IMG/VR virus record: IMGVR_UViG_3300031787_000005
Source of the DNA: a virus
Strand: one strand, 5' to 3'
DNA: 64,000 nt
Below are positions 63,302 to 64,000 of the stretch, one piece after another. The notes under the pieces were generated by a model. That model was not told where the DNA came from and made no database searches. It saw nothing but the letters and a program-made list of their open reading frames with translations. The first letter of the stretch is position 1. Every line of letters starts with the position of its first letter. The position numbers and the translations under genes are program-made.

Positions 63302-63712
63302 TCAATCCCAACTAACATTTTGCAAAAGAAATCCTGGCATCACATAAGTCCAGGCACCATCATTATCTTGACCACCAACTTTATACTCCCACTTATATTC
63401 ACGCTTGTTGTAATTATCCCACGTCATGTATCCTTTCTGTTTGTCAAATCGTCCTTTGATGGTGAGACGGAAACGATTCGAAAAAATATTACGAGTGCGA
63501 AGTGCTCCACCAACCTCACGGGTTTCTACAATTTTACAGGTATCATAATGTGGATTGCCATTATTCTCCAACATGCAGGGAGTTTCGTATGCGAATGGAC
63601 GTGGCAACCTAGGTGCAACTGGAGCAGAATTGTATTTACTTTCAGTTGCAGATGGTGTCGCAAATGCTGGTGATGCCAATAGCAACGATGCGATTAGAAA
63701 AAACTTTTTCAT
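63302..63712 (-). CDS. Secreted hypothetical protein (MKKFFLIASLLLASPAFA signal peptide)
   Basis: ORF track; canonical signal peptide from the ATG at 63712. Confidence 0.7.
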   Translation of the reverse strand: MKKFFLIASLLLASPAFATPSATESKYNSAPVAPRLPRPFAYETPCMLENNGNPHYDTCKIVETREVGGALRTRNIFSNRFRLTIKGRFDKQKGYMTWDNYNKREYKWEYKVGGQDNDGAWTYVMPGFLLQNVSWD

Positions 63713-64000
63713 CCAACTACCCTCCAACATACGGTTGCGTTTCCTTGTTTTGTAGAAGCAATGTGAGCAAATGCAGCATAACTTAAATCAAGGTCAGCAT
63801 GAGAATAAGGACCGCGATCATTGACTCTTACGATTACCTGTTTGAGATTGTCTTGGTTTGTAACTCTAATTTTAGTTCCCATAGGTAAGTAAGGGTGAGC
63901 AGCAGTCCAACGATAAGTATCAAATCGTTCTCCATTTGCAGTAGTTTGTCCGTGAAATCCGTCACCAATTCCATAGAATGTGGCAACTCCACAAGTAAGA
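63709..64000 (-). CDS. rlpA: RlpA-family (double-psi beta-barrel) lytic transglycosylase-like protein, partial
   Basis: Hand translation: GVATFYG..DGFHGQTTANGERFDTYRWTAAHPYLPMGTKIRVTN...VIVRVNDRGPY...LDLSYAAF; start is outside the window. Confidence 0.85.
   Translation of the reverse strand, partial: LTCGVATFYGIGDGFHGQTTANGERFDTYRWTAAHPYLPMGTKIRVTNQDNLKQVIVRVNDRGPYSHADLDLSYAAFAHIASTKQGNATVCWRVVG

Overview
A 64-kb segment of a T4-like myovirus, very likely a cyanophage (Kyanoviridae-type gene order and content). Almost all genes are on the minus strand. Read right to left: an early/accessory region of small ORFs (about 64.0-53.1 kb) with an RlpA-like gene, a gp38-like adhesin, a non-coding repeat locus at about 57.7-58.56 kb and a GC-rich array of promoter-plus-microgene cassettes. 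Then a glycosyltransferase-like gene and speD, the baseplate module (gp25, gp6, gp7, gp8, VrlC-like), neck, terminase, tail and head genes (gp13-gp23, gp3), and uvsY, uvsW, gp55, gp47, gp46 and a truncated HExxH-peptidase/VWA gene. The most notable unexplained structures are: (1) a 24-bp palindrome, TGTG(A/C)CAGT-N6-ACTG(G/T)CACA, in about 11 copies, each 29-32 nt upstream of a -10 box with no -35, often containing the stop codon of the preceding gene; (2) a phased CTCGTCGAGAT array between divergent sigma70 promoters and flanked by ATTCTCAATAA clusters (origin-like); (3) an early gene with ATP-dependent ligase motifs; (4) candidate capsid-internal proteins with T4 IP-like N-termini and a modular polyprotein; (5) a small NblA-like ORF missed by the ORF track. 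No tRNA, rRNA, CRISPR array, intron or transposase was recognised. All assignments come from motif recognition and synteny; no database searches were run.
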